A stretch of DNA of 64,000 nucleotides, from the IMG/VR virus record IMGVR_UViG_3300042558_004148, positions 309,486 to 373,485 of that record. One strand, written 5' to 3'. The notes under the pieces are model-generated. The model did not search any database. It was not told the origin of the DNA and saw only the letters and a program-made list of their open reading frames with translations. Shown in pieces: positions 9,558 through 18,721 of this stretch. How positions within the stretch are numbered: the first letter of the stretch is position 1; every line of letters starts with the position of its first letter. The position numbers and the translations under genes were made by a program.

Positions 9558-9983
9558 ATGATATCAATTTATTTAGACGATTTTAGAACGCCCACCGAAC
9601 ATCCTAATAACGGGGAATGGATTATAGTAAGAAATTATGAGGAGTTCGTTAATAAGATATTAGAGGTTGGACTAGATAACATAGATATTCTCTCGCTGGA
9701 CCATGACTTGGATCATTCAGCAACATCCCACTATTTTGAATATGTTAAAAAAAATTACTCAATAGACTATTCACAAATACTAGAACCCACAGGAATGGAC
9801 GTAGCTAAATGGCTTATCTTGCATTCTAGAGCAACTGGTCACAAAATACCCAAATGTTATATACACTCTCATAATCCAATAGGATCCGGAAATATGTTGG
9901 GTCAAATAAATCTATATTTAAAGGAAAAGAAATTACCGGAAAGCTGCGAGATTAAAAGATGGAAGTATATAAATAAGGAATAG
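9558..9983 (+). CDS. cyclic-phosphate-processing receiver-like domain protein (probable start at 9558)
   Basis: IYLDDFRTP, IVRNYEEF, LSLDHDL, TGMDVAKWL, IHSHNPIG. Confidence 0.75.
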   Translation: MISIYLDDFRTPTEHPNNGEWIIVRNYEEFVNKILEVGLDNIDILSLDHDLDHSATSHYFEYVKKNYSIDYSQILEPTGMDVAKWLILHSRATGHKIPKCYIHSHNPIGSGNMLGQINLYLKEKKLPESCEIKRWKYINKE

Positions 9984-10028
9984 CAAAACCCGATTCCTTG
10001 ATTTGAATATATATAAAAAAAGGAATCC

Positions 10029-11861
10029 ATGTCAAATCCAGTAAAATATTCAATAACACCACTACCATATACTATAGGGAGAAATAACATGAACCTAGGG
10101 GTTGGCGTAACGGGATATGGATCAACACCGGAAACTAATTTTTGGCAAGGCTATGACGTTACACCATCGGGATATGTCATCTATATAAATAAGGCAGAAC
10201 AAGGACCTTCGATATATTCACCAGAATCTGATTTGGATCTCGTTGGATTAATCTCAATTAATGCATTTGGTGGATCATCGATAACAACAGTATCTGATGC
10301 ATTATTATGGTTATATGATCAGGACGATACAATATGTATCAATATGGAATACCCCTCGATACCAACTGAAGGCCTTAATATGCTTCTGGATGCAGGATTT
10401 ACTGCATCATATCCAAGAACAGGTAATGAGTGGTATGACCTCTCCAGAAATGGTAATTCAGGAAATCTAATGGGATCGACATTCAGTAATTTACAAAAAG
10501 GTAATATTGTATTTAATGGGGCAAGTGATTATGTAGATATAAACAATGGTTCACCCGTATTATCAAATAACGAATACACCAAGATAATCTGGTTTTATGT
10601 TAATAGCTTTTCTAATGCAAATAATCTAATAAGTGGAGGATCTGGATCTGGTCAGGGACAGCATGCTTTTTGGCTGGGCGCAACAAATAAATTACAATCT
10701 GGACATAATGGTTCCTGGAATATAGTTGAATCATCAACCACTCTTAACCTTAATACTTGGTATTGTGGTGCAGTAACCTTTAGTTCGGCAGCAGGATGGA
10801 AACTATATCTGAATGGTGTATTGGAAGATAGTTCAGCTGATAATATTACATTTTCTGGTGACGGTAACGTTTTTATAGGTTCATATGATACAGGTTCAAA
10901 TTTATTTAATGGATCCATATCCAATGCTATTATATACGACAGAACATTAAGTGATTCCGAAATAACATCAATATATAATTCATTCTTGCCGAGATTCATA
11001 ATACCGACGACTAGCACGACTACGACTAGCACCACAAGCACCACAACTACGACGACTATAGCTCCTACGACTACGACTACGACTACAACTAGCACCACGA
11101 CTACGACGACTATAGCCTCAACAACGACAACAACGACAACTATAGCTCCAACAACGACAACAACGACAACTATAGCTCCCGGTATAATTACCAGTAGTTT
11201 ATTCATGAAGCTTGATGCTAGTAATTATACATCAGGTACATGGACGGATGAGACTGGTAACGGAAATAATGCGACTATTAATGGGGCGACTTGGTCGTCA
11301 ACGGACGGTGGTATTTTTGATTTAAATGGTACTAGTAACACAATTAGTATTCCACACACTTCAAATCTTAGTTTAAATACCACGACACAAAGAACGATTC
11401 AGGTTTGGGTTAAATTCGATGTGTTACCTGCACTGAATACACAGATACCGGTCTTTGGTAAATTATCGGGATCGTTTGGGTTTGATGGATACTGGGGGGG
11501 TTTATTTTCTAATGGTGGTAAAGTTAGGTCAGTAACAAATGGAACAGGTGTTCAAAGAATTGTTGATTCTACTTTAACCGTCACAACAAATACTTGGTAC
11601 TTATTTACTTTTATATCACAAATTACAGCAACAGCAAATACAACTAAAGTTTATATTAATACTACGGAATATATTACAACGGCACACGGGACAGATGGGT
11701 ATTCGGAATCGAATCCTCTATACCTAGGATATATTGGGGCGGGTATTGGATCAACATATCTAAATGGTAAAATCGGTGCATCATATTTCTATACTAGAGG
11801 GTTGAGCGCTTCGGAAATTTCAACTAATTATAATTCAACAAAATCAAAATATGGTTTATAA
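10029..11861 (+). CDS. two LamG/concanavalin-like domains joined by a Thr-rich linker; putative virion fibre or decoration protein
   Basis: LLDAGFTASYP...WYDLS...VFNGASDY; second domain KLDASNY...WTDETGNGNNAT; about 55-aa poly-Thr linker. Confidence 0.85.
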   Translation: MSNPVKYSITPLPYTIGRNNMNLGVGVTGYGSTPETNFWQGYDVTPSGYVIYINKAEQGPSIYSPESDLDLVGLISINAFGGSSITTVSDALLWLYDQDDTICINMEYPSIPTEGLNMLLDAGFTASYPRTGNEWYDLSRNGNSGNLMGSTFSNLQKGNIVFNGASDYVDINNGSPVLSNNEYTKIIWFYVNSFSNANNLISGGSGSGQGQHAFWLGATNKLQSGHNGSWNIVESSTTLNLNTWYCGAVTFSSAAGWKLYLNGVLEDSSADNITFSGDGNVFIGSYDTGSNLFNGSISNAIIYDRTLSDSEITSIYNSFLPRFIIPTTSTTTTSTTSTTTTTTIAPTTTTTTTTSTTTTTTIASTTTTTTTIAPTTTTTTTIAPGIITSSLFMKLDASNYTSGTWTDETGNGNNATINGATWSSTDGGIFDLNGTSNTISIPHTSNLSLNTTTQRTIQVWVKFDVLPALNTQIPVFGKLSGSFGFDGYWGGLFSNGGKVRSVTNGTGVQRIVDSTLTVTTNTWYLFTFISQITATANTTKVYINTTEYITTAHGTDGYSESNPLYLGYIGAGIGSTYLNGKIGASYFYTRGLSASEISTNYNSTKSKYGL

Positions 11862-11880
11862 TAAATAATACGTAAATTAT

Positions 11881-11911
11881 TTTTTTTATCCGATTACATA
11901 TATTACATTTG
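11881..11911 (+). promoter_or_regulatory. class-1 promoter
   Basis: TTTTTTTATCCG-11nt-TACATTTG. Confidence 0.75.
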
Positions 11912-11915
11912 ATAT

Positions 11916-12512
11916 ATGAAAAAAATGATTCTATTCCTATTATTAACTCTAGTTCAAAATGTTCTATATGCTCAGACCAATTTAGAAGGATTGGTCTTAA
12001 AAGAACTTAATGCTTATAGAAAATTAAATAAGCTAAAACCGGTAAAATATTCAGATACCATAAATAAAGCTGCTTATCACCACACCCAATGGATGTCCAG
12101 AGTTAGCTTTAATAAAATGAAGCAAATAATGGAGGTTGATGATGGATCAGAGCAAATGGATGCACACACTGAAACAATCGACGTCCCGAACTTTAAGGAA
12201 TTAAAAACCCCCGAGGATAGAGGAAAGGAATTCGGTATAATTAAGGAAAGTACCAATTATACTTTAGGTGAGATCTGTAATATGGCAAATGCAAACGGCG
12301 GAAACTATTTCACTGCTTCTCAAAAATCCGATGATATGCTCGCTAAGGATATAATAACAAAATTTTCAAAATCACCAGGCCACGATGCGGTAATGAGATT
12401 GGACCTTGATAATTGTTATGTCGGTATTTGTGTAATTGTTAAGAGTGTTATTATCGGTGGACAGGAGAATAAAATTGCATATACCACAATATATTTTATT
12501 GAAAAATACTAA
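11916..12512 (+). CDS. exported CAP/SCP-domain protein
   Basis: Signal peptide; LNAYRK...AAYHHTQWM...GEI...SPGHDAVM. Confidence 0.75.
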   Translation: MKKMILFLLLTLVQNVLYAQTNLEGLVLKELNAYRKLNKLKPVKYSDTINKAAYHHTQWMSRVSFNKMKQIMEVDDGSEQMDAHTETIDVPNFKELKTPEDRGKEFGIIKESTNYTLGEICNMANANGGNYFTASQKSDDMLAKDIITKFSKSPGHDAVMRLDLDNCYVGICVIVKSVIIGGQENKIAYTTIYFIEKY

Positions 12513-12553
12513 TATTGCTATTGGATATATAGTTAAAATAAATCCAAATAAGA

Positions 12554-13858
12554 ATGTCTAAGAAATTTGTTTTCGAATCATTAAGTGATTTCATAAATTA
12601 TAAGCTTTTAACAGAGACTCCAAACGGAACTCTAAATGAGGCTGACTCTAAATCCTCCCCTTGGGATTTTAAATTTGATAGCGGTGAATTTAAAAAAGAT
12701 GACGTAAGTCCAGATCAGATAAAAAAATTAGAGGTAGATTTTAAAAATAGGATAATTCCAGTTTTAAATAATCAGAACTACATCGGTCAGAAACTTAATG
12801 TAACAATATCTTCAGCATCAAGTAAGGTTCCTGTCAATCCATCAGGATCTGTTGCAAAAGCATTAAAGGCTGCAGGTTATTCAACAGATAATGACGGCCT
12901 ATGTAAAGCTAGAGGTAATACTGTTGTTGAGTTGATAAAAGACCTAATGTACAATACATTCGGTGAAGGTATGGACAGGAAGGAATTTCTTAAGTCCGCC
13001 GAAAAGAAAATGGAATTCATAAATAAGCCAATGCCTAATATTGGACCAGATTATGATAAATCTAAAGGTGATAATCCGGATGATCAGAAATTTAAGGACA
13101 ATCAATTTATTTCTGCGACACTCGTAGCAAGTGGTGAACCAATTGGTGATGATATAAAGATATCATGTAAAATGGATAAAAGTTTCTCTGGTAGAAAGGC
13201 TGATGCTAGCAACGGATATGCAGGTTATGATAAAACAGTTTACCTTACAGCTAAGGCTGGCCAGAAAATGGAGATATTCTTTGATCCATTAGTTATACCA
13301 GATGCTATATTATTTTCATACTCAGGAAAGGAGATTAAACTTTCACCATTTATGGGTGCATTCGGTGCTAAATATATTAGAGGTGAATATAGCAAGGAAA
13401 AAGAGGATGCGTTAAATGCAGATGCTAAAGCGGGTAAAAATGCTCCTGGTAAAAGAGAGAACATTGGAGGAAAAAATTATTTAGTTATTGATTATAAGGA
13501 TTACCTTAATAATGTTATCAATAAAGGTGGTTCATTGGTTAAAGCAATAGAGACTAAACTATCTTCGCTTGGTCTAAAACCTATCAAAGAACTTTGTCCG
13601 GAATTTTTTGATTCAGCAGGAAAAATAGAGGTCTATAGAAATAAGGATCTTAGTGAAATTAAAATAGATGACACCAATAAAGTTTGGGAATGGACATACG
13701 ATCTGCTTAAATCTGGTGCATTAAAAGAATCTCCAAAGGCTGACATAAAGAGTTTAAGTATAGAGGTTACTAAAAATGCAGTAAGAGACGCAGTTAAATT
13801 AGTTGCTTTCTCACCGGTAGCTGGAACCCAATTTAAAATAAGAACAGTTTGTAAATAA
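12554..13858 (+). CDS. hypothetical protein, putative head-packaged (FVFESLSDF...LLTE)
   Basis: 434-aa ORF; GATATATA at 12524-12531. Confidence 0.7.
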   Translation: MSKKFVFESLSDFINYKLLTETPNGTLNEADSKSSPWDFKFDSGEFKKDDVSPDQIKKLEVDFKNRIIPVLNNQNYIGQKLNVTISSASSKVPVNPSGSVAKALKAAGYSTDNDGLCKARGNTVVELIKDLMYNTFGEGMDRKEFLKSAEKKMEFINKPMPNIGPDYDKSKGDNPDDQKFKDNQFISATLVASGEPIGDDIKISCKMDKSFSGRKADASNGYAGYDKTVYLTAKAGQKMEIFFDPLVIPDAILFSYSGKEIKLSPFMGAFGAKYIRGEYSKEKEDALNADAKAGKNAPGKRENIGGKNYLVIDYKDYLNNVINKGGSLVKAIETKLSSLGLKPIKELCPEFFDSAGKIEVYRNKDLSEIKIDDTNKVWEWTYDLLKSGALKESPKADIKSLSIEVTKNAVRDAVKLVAFSPVAGTQFKIRTVCK

Positions 13859-14253
13859 TGAGCAATAATATAAAAACTTTCGAAAGTTTCTCGTATCCAA
13901 TTAACGAGGAGGCAGCTTTACCAAAGATGCCGGATTTTCTTAAAAAAGCTGGAGCTAAAGAAGACCACTTCCATGGAGGAGGACCTGTTAGGATGAACCC
14001 ACCAAATAATTCTTGGATAATCGAGGTAAAATCGCCCAAAGGTATATTTAAGAAAGAGCATACATGGGGATTAGTATTTTTTCCTAACGGTACATTCACA
14101 ACCGGAATAACCCCAGAGGATTCAAACGGTCCATTCAATAGCGGTGGTAAATGGAAGGCTAGTCCTTCGGATTCATTTACTATGCTGAATAAAAAAATAC
14201 AGGGAGTATCTATGACATTCAATAGCTTATTTTCTCCTACCACATATATGTAA
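13858..14253 (+). CDS. hypothetical protein (MSNNIKTFESF)
   Basis: TAATG coupling with the upstream gene. Confidence 0.7.
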   Translation: MSNNIKTFESFSYPINEEAALPKMPDFLKKAGAKEDHFHGGGPVRMNPPNNSWIIEVKSPKGIFKKEHTWGLVFFPNGTFTTGITPEDSNGPFNSGGKWKASPSDSFTMLNKKIQGVSMTFNSLFSPTTYM

Positions 14254-14284
14254 ATAATAAAAATCAAAAAAAAATCAAAAAATA

Positions 14285-14316
14285 TTTTTTTTAATCGAAA
14301 CTTTATTATAAATTTG
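14285..14316 (+). promoter_or_regulatory. class-1 promoter for tRNA array A
   Basis: TTTTTTTTAATCG-11nt-TAAATTTG; late-type GATATATA at 14339-14346. Confidence 0.75.
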
Positions 14317-14369
14317 CATAAAATATTAAAATCAATTAGATATATAGTCTATTAAACATTAAAAACAAA

Positions 14370-14498
14370 ATGAAAACATTCTTCGGAAATATCGCCATTA
14401 ATTTTATGCCACAAGGCAATAACCCGTTTGTACAGGTGGGGATTGCAAAATGGTATAATGGCCAATACGAGAAACCGGAAGATGTAATAGTAGGTTAA
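14370..14498 (+). CDS. 42-aa putative leader peptide (MKTFFGNIAINFMPQGNNPFVQVGIAKWYNGQYEKPEDVIVG)
   Basis: A-rich initiation region, between a promoter and a terminator hairpin. Confidence 0.6.
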   Translation: MKTFFGNIAINFMPQGNNPFVQVGIAKWYNGQYEKPEDVIVG

Positions 14499-14521
14499 GA
14501 TAATAATAAAACTTAAATATT

Positions 14522-14558
14522 AAAAACTCCGATTCTCAAAAAGAATCGGAGTTTTTTT
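14522..14558 (+). terminator. terminator/attenuator hairpin directly before tRNA-Phe
   Basis: AAAAACTCCGATTCT-CAAAA-AGAATCGGAGTTTTT plus TT. Confidence 0.85.
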
Positions 14559-14562
14559 ATTG

Positions 14563-14635
14563 GGTGAGGTAGCAAAGTTGGTCTATGCAGCGGACTGAAA
14601 ATCCGATGATGACGGTTCGATCCCGTCCCTCACCA
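14563..14635 (+). tRNA. tRNA-Phe(GAA)
   Basis: GCGGA-CTGAAAA-TCCGA. Confidence 0.9.
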
Positions 14636-14720
14636 CAGAATAAATTAAATATTAAAATGAAGCGAAAACAGTAAGGTCCTCTAGCTTAGATTAAGCTATG
14701 GCCATTAATTAAAAAATAAT

Positions 14721-14795
14721 GATCCCGTAGCTCAGTTGGTTTAGAGCACCTCACTTTTAATGAGGGAGTCGTGAGTTCGAATCTCACCGGGATCA
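14721..14795 (+). tRNA. tRNA-Lys(TTT)
   Basis: CCTCA-CTTTTAA-TGAGG. Confidence 0.95.
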
Positions 14796-14821
14796 CTCAT
14801 AAATGAATTTCATTTATATAA

Positions 14822-14894
14822 CGGGGTGTAGATCAGTTGGTAGATCGCCTGGTTTGGGACCAGGAGGCCGTCAGTTCGAGCCTGGCCACCCCGA
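14822..14894 (+). tRNA. tRNA-Pro(TGG) copy 1
   Basis: CCTGG-TTTGGGA-CCAGG. Confidence 0.92.
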
Positions 14895-14903
14895 CAGAAT
14901 AAA

Positions 14904-14979
14904 CGGGAAATAGAGGAGTTAGGTCGTCCTCGCCTGCCTTGGACGCAGGAGCTCGCAGGTTCGAATCCTGCTTTCCCGA
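14904..14979 (+). tRNA. tRNA-Pro(TGG) copy 2
   Basis: CCTGC-CTTGGAC-GCAGG. Confidence 0.9.
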
Positions 14980-14985
14980 CAAAAT

Positions 14986-15058
14986 GGGGCCGTAGTTTAA
15001 TTGGCTAAAATTTCTGACTTGCACTCAGAGGACCCGGGTTCGATCCCCGGTAGCTCCA
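14986..15058 (+). tRNA. tRNA-Ala(TGC)
   Basis: TCTGA-CTTGCAC-TCAGA; G3:U70 pair. Confidence 0.9.
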
Positions 15059-15068
15059 CTATTAAAAT

Positions 15069-15141
15069 ACGTCGGTAGCTCAATTGGTAGAGCACTGGTC
15101 TCCAAAACCAGGGGTTGTAGGTTCGATTCCTGCCCGGCGTG
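15069..15141 (+). tRNA. tRNA-Trp(CCA)
   Basis: CTGGT-CTCCAAA-ACCAG. Confidence 0.93.
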
Positions 15142-15151
15142 CAAATTAAAT

Positions 15152-15222
15152 TGTCCTTTGGTCTAATGGCAGGACACGTGGTTTTGGTCCACGCGGTGGA
15201 GGTTCGAATCCTCCAGGGACAA
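15152..15222 (+). tRNA. tRNA-Gln(TTG)
   Basis: CGTGG-TTTTGGT-CCACG. Confidence 0.93.
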
Positions 15223-15325
15223 CAAATTGTTCATTGACATATGGAATAGCAAGGTACGTAATACGTAAAGTGCATTTGCAAAAAGTTATTGGTTCGAATA
15301 GATATATAGATAAAAAATCTATTTT

Positions 15326-15985
15326 ATGCAAAGTTGTGAAAATTGTGGGAATGTACATAATGGTGAATTGGGTAGCGGGAGATTTTGCTCTCTAAAATGC
15401 TCTAGAGGATTTAGTACTAAATCTAAAAGATCGGAAATAAATTATAAGGTTTCGAAAACATTGACAGGAAAGGGAAACCCGCCAGAAATAAAAGAATGTG
15501 GCCACTGTAAAAATAAATTTGAAATTTCTTGGTCAAAACGTCTACAGACATGTTGTTCAAGAAAATGCGCCGCACAATTAAAATGGCTGGATGATGATTA
15601 TAGAAAAAATATAACGGAAGCTTCTTCAAAATCAGCTTATGAAAAACACAAAAATCCAGACATTAAGTTCGGGTGGAGAACAAGGTCAAAATTTGAGATG
15701 TCATATCCTGAAAGTATAGCAAAATCAATTCTTGATGAATATGGCATACAATATGAATATGAATATCCATTTCATCCATATTTTATAGATTTTGCAATCG
15801 TTGATCATAAAATTGCTATCGAGATAGACGGAAGACAGCATAATCAAAACGAGAGAATGTTAATAGATATTAAAAAAGATAAAAAATTGATGGAGAATGG
15901 ATGGAGAATATTTAGAATAAAGTTTCCAGAGGATAATATTAAAAATAGCATTAAAAATATATTGGCAGATATACCCTCCGCCTGA
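15326..15985 (+). CDS. free-standing endonuclease: Zn-finger modules plus DUF559/Vsr-like PD-(D/E)xK domain
   Basis: CENC...FCSLKC; CGHC...CCSRKC; YFIDFAIVDHKIAIEIDGRQH...DKKLMENGWRIFRI; GATATATA at 15301. Confidence 0.85.
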   Translation: MQSCENCGNVHNGELGSGRFCSLKCSRGFSTKSKRSEINYKVSKTLTGKGNPPEIKECGHCKNKFEISWSKRLQTCCSRKCAAQLKWLDDDYRKNITEASSKSAYEKHKNPDIKFGWRTRSKFEMSYPESIAKSILDEYGIQYEYEYPFHPYFIDFAIVDHKIAIEIDGRQHNQNERMLIDIKKDKKLMENGWRIFRIKFPEDNIKNSIKNILADIPSA

Positions 15986-16040
15986 TACGCGGTAGAAAGG
16001 TTAACTGGTTATATGTGGGTTCGAATCCCATTCTGCCAAC
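15962..16040 (+). ncRNA. tRNA-like RNA without a canonical D arm (GAT anticodon-like loop)
   Basis: TTGGCAGA/TCTGCCAA acceptor; GTGGG-TTCGAAT-CCCAT T arm; CCGC-CTGATAC-GCGG. Confidence 0.65.
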
Positions 16041-16072
16041 ATAAGATTTGTAAAAAATCGACAACTAAAAAT

Positions 16073-16146
16073 TCTCCTGTAGCTCAGTTGGTTAGAGCAT
16101 CTGACTGTTAATCAGAGGGTCACTGGTTCGAGTCCAGTCGGGAGAG
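16073..16146 (+). tRNA. tRNA-Asn(GTT) copy 1
   Basis: TCTGA-CTGTTAA-TCAGA; G73. Confidence 0.95.
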
Positions 16147-16152
16147 CAATAA

Positions 16153-16224
16153 GGATCTGTAGCTCAGTGGTAGAGCAGCGCACTGTTAATGCGCTGGTCG
16201 TAGGTTCGAATCCTACCGGGTCCT
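16153..16224 (+). tRNA. tRNA with GTT anticodon (Asn) copy 2, atypical U73
   Basis: GCGCA-CTGTTAA-TGCGC; discriminator T. Confidence 0.88.
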
Positions 16225-16248
16225 CAAAAATAATATATTAACAATAAA

Positions 16249-16512
<264 letters not shown>

Positions 16513-16552
16513 TGTAGGTGCCTCAAGGGACTGCAGCCCTACTACACTCTAT

Positions 16553-16624
16553 GCAGGTATCGTATAACGGCTATTACTCCAGACTTCCAATCTGGAGATT
16601 GGGGTTCGATTCCCCATACCTGCT
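16553..16624 (+). tRNA. tRNA-Gly(TCC)
   Basis: CCAGA-CTTCCAA-TCTGG. Confidence 0.95.
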
Positions 16625-16686
16625 CAGAATGTGGAACCACATCGATCCCGTAATGCCACGGCTTGTGCACAAGTAACGGGATGCAT

Positions 16687-16760
16687 GGCGAGATAGCTCA
16701 GATGGTTAGAGCGCGGGAGTCATAACCCCGAGGCCGTAGGTTCGATTCCTACTCTCGCTA
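16687..16760 (+). tRNA. tRNA-Met(CAT), elongator type
   Basis: GGCGAGA/TCTCGCT acceptor; CGGGA-GTCATAA-CCCCG. Confidence 0.85.
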
Positions 16761-16820
16761 CTAAAAAATAAATTAATATGAAAAAGAAATTCGACGCTCA
16801 TTAGGTTTAATAACCTAAAA

Positions 16821-17018
16821 ATGAGTAAAATGAGTAAAAACACAAACAGAGCAAAATTGAATAAGGCAACTTGTTCTAGAGACTACCGATTAATTTGGTT
16901 AAAATGGGAATTTCCTATGTATTGGGATGAAGGATTAAATTTTAAAAAAGGTCATCCCTCAATAAAATATAGAAGTTATAAAACATGGAAACATAGCAGA
17001 AAAACCAGATGGAAATAA
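16821..17018 (+). CDS. small basic hypothetical protein
   Basis: 65-aa ORF whose start lies inside a hairpin. Confidence 0.55.
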   Translation: MSKMSKNTNRAKLNKATCSRDYRLIWLKWEFPMYWDEGLNFKKGHPSIKYRSYKTWKHSRKTRWK

Positions 17019-17030
17019 TTATCTTATTAT

Positions 17031-17061
17031 TTTTTAATCCCGTAGTATTTTATTAATCTTG
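17031..17061 (+). promoter_or_regulatory. class-1 promoter
   Basis: TTTTTAATCCCG-11nt-TAATCTTG. Confidence 0.6.
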
Positions 17062-17075
17062 TAAAAAATAAAAAG

Positions 17076-17597
17076 ATGAAAACAAAATTCTATGAACTGT
17101 CACAAAACAACAGCGGAGGATCATTCGTAGTTGATGATAAACTTTGTCACCGACTTTTCATTGAGGCTGAATCTGAGGAAGAAGCAATCAATATAGCGGA
17201 AGATCTTGGGTGCTATTGGGATGGTGTAGATGAAGGTTCGGATTGTCCGTGTTGCGGAGATAGATGGTACAGATCCGGGAATTTAGTAGATCTAGAAAAT
17301 ATCAACTCCAAATGGGGAGGTTACGAGATCTCCGAATGGTTGACAGATCCCAAGGGTGCAAATGGCGATGATGCTATCAAGAAAATCAAAGCAGAATATG
17401 GTAAATCTGTATGGCTTACAGAACCTATTATAGAAAAAAAATACGGATCTGATAGAATCATAGGTAAAATCAGGCTCGATTCAATAGAGCAATATGCACA
17501 GATTATGGCCAATCTTTATGGATGGACTAAACCTGACTGTCGTATTTTCTATAAAGACGGTAGAATTAAAAACGTATACTCAAAGAAGCTGAAATAA
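17076..17597 (+). CDS. conserved phage hypothetical protein (SQNNSGG...CPCCGDRW)
   Basis: 173-aa ORF with a CxCC motif. Confidence 0.75.
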   Translation: MKTKFYELSQNNSGGSFVVDDKLCHRLFIEAESEEEAINIAEDLGCYWDGVDEGSDCPCCGDRWYRSGNLVDLENINSKWGGYEISEWLTDPKGANGDDAIKKIKAEYGKSVWLTEPIIEKKYGSDRIIGKIRLDSIEQYAQIMANLYGWTKPDCRIFYKDGRIKNVYSKKLK

Positions 17598-17613
17598 AAA
17601 TCAGCTTCTCTAC

Positions 17614-17688
17614 AGTCCCTTAGCTCAGTTGGTTTAGAGCGATTGTTTTACACACAATAGGTCGTCGGTTCGATTCCGGCAGGGACTA
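17614..17688 (+). tRNA. tRNA-Val(TAC)
   Basis: ATTGT-TTTACAC-ACAAT. Confidence 0.95.
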
Positions 17689-17691
17689 CAA

Positions 17692-17884
17692 AAGATCCAA
17701 TTAGTCCGAAAGGATAAAAAAGGAGGAATAAGATGAACAGACAAAAGTCATCTCCAAAGAGTAGAATTAAGCCGGTGTGAGCGCACGCGGAGGCATCCGA
17801 GGGAGGGTATGGAAACCTTCAGCTAGAAATTCAAGGGTATGGAATCAAGGTGTTAGTAGCGGTCTAAAGTCTGAATTGGATCTT
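17692..17884 (+). ncRNA. putative 193-nt structured RNA
   Basis: 11-bp terminal helix AAGATCCAATT/AATTGGATCTT; internal TCC-GAAA-GGA hairpin. Confidence 0.45.
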
Positions 17885-17890
17885 ATATAA

Positions 17891-17977
17891 GGGAATGCGC
17901 CAGAGTTGGAGAGTTGGGACGGACTGTAAATCCGTTGGCTTGCGCCTGAGTAGGTTCGAATCCTACCATTCCCACCA
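17891..17977 (+). tRNA. tRNA-Tyr(GTA) copy 1 (CCA encoded)
   Basis: ACGGA-CTGTAAA-TCCGT. Confidence 0.95.
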
Positions 17978-17989
17978 ATAAAAAAATAA

Positions 17990-18205
17990 ATGGTTATGGA
18001 ATTAAATGAAATTAAAAAATCACTGTATAAGGAAAATCCACATGCAGTTTTGAGGATGATTAGAAAGAGTGTTGCTTATTATTCTGCGCATTTAGTTTCG
18101 AATGACTCCATTGTGCAATTTCAAGTTCCTATTGAAGACATGGGTGATGCTGATTTCTTATCATCGATGGACTCGAAACTTTTAATCCGCTGGATAACTA
18201 TATAA
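17990..18205 (+). CDS. small hypothetical protein
   Basis: EIKKSLYKENP...VPIEDMGDADF...KLLIRWI. Confidence 0.7.
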   Translation: MVMELNEIKKSLYKENPHAVLRMIRKSVAYYSAHLVSNDSIVQFQVPIEDMGDADFLSSMDSKLLIRWITI

Positions 18206-18225
18206 TATCGAAACATCCCTTAATC

Positions 18226-18308
18226 GGGTCAGTTGAGCAACTGGTTGGCTCGCCGGACTGTAAATCCGGTCCCTTCGGGGCGTGTAGGTTCGAATCCTAC
18301 CTGGCCCA
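18226..18308 (+). tRNA. tRNA-Tyr(GTA) copy 2
   Basis: CCGGA-CTGTAAA-TCCGG. Confidence 0.93.
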
Positions 18309-18323
18309 CTAAATTTTTTAAAA

Positions 18324-18716
18324 ATGAACAAAGAAAGATTATCAAAATTAGCGGGTGATTTATTAGATATCCCATCAAGAATTTCTGAAATTCAAGGAAG
18401 AATCCTTGATCATAACGAGGAGATTCAAACAACGAACAATGAGATTTCTCAGATCGAGGCAACAATAAAAAGCGAGATTGGCGCTCAGTTGGACGATAAT
18501 GGGAAGAAACTTTACACTAATGCAGAATCAAGAGAAGCTGCTTTCGTCGAGATTTCAAATTCCAATCAGGAATTAGTTTCTAAAAGAAATAGATTAAGTT
18601 CTTTACAGGGATATGTTTCTATCGAAAGAATAAAAATGGAATCTCTAAGTAATGAACAAAGAAATATTAGAGCAGTTCTATATTTCTTCGGAGGTAGCTT
18701 CGAGGATGTAGTATAA
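18324..18716 (+). CDS. coiled-coil hypothetical protein
   Basis: 130 aa with a heptad pattern. Confidence 0.7.
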   Translation: MNKERLSKLAGDLLDIPSRISEIQGRILDHNEEIQTTNNEISQIEATIKSEIGAQLDDNGKKLYTNAESREAAFVEISNSNQELVSKRNRLSSLQGYVSIERIKMESLSNEQRNIRAVLYFFGGSFEDVV

Positions 18717-18721
18717 TAAAT

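Noticed and set aside
10652-11206. Antisense poly-Val ORF
   Set aside because: Reverse complement of the poly-Thr linker
15231-15300. tRNA remnant with GGTTCGAAT
   Set aside because: No acceptor or T-stem pairing could be formed
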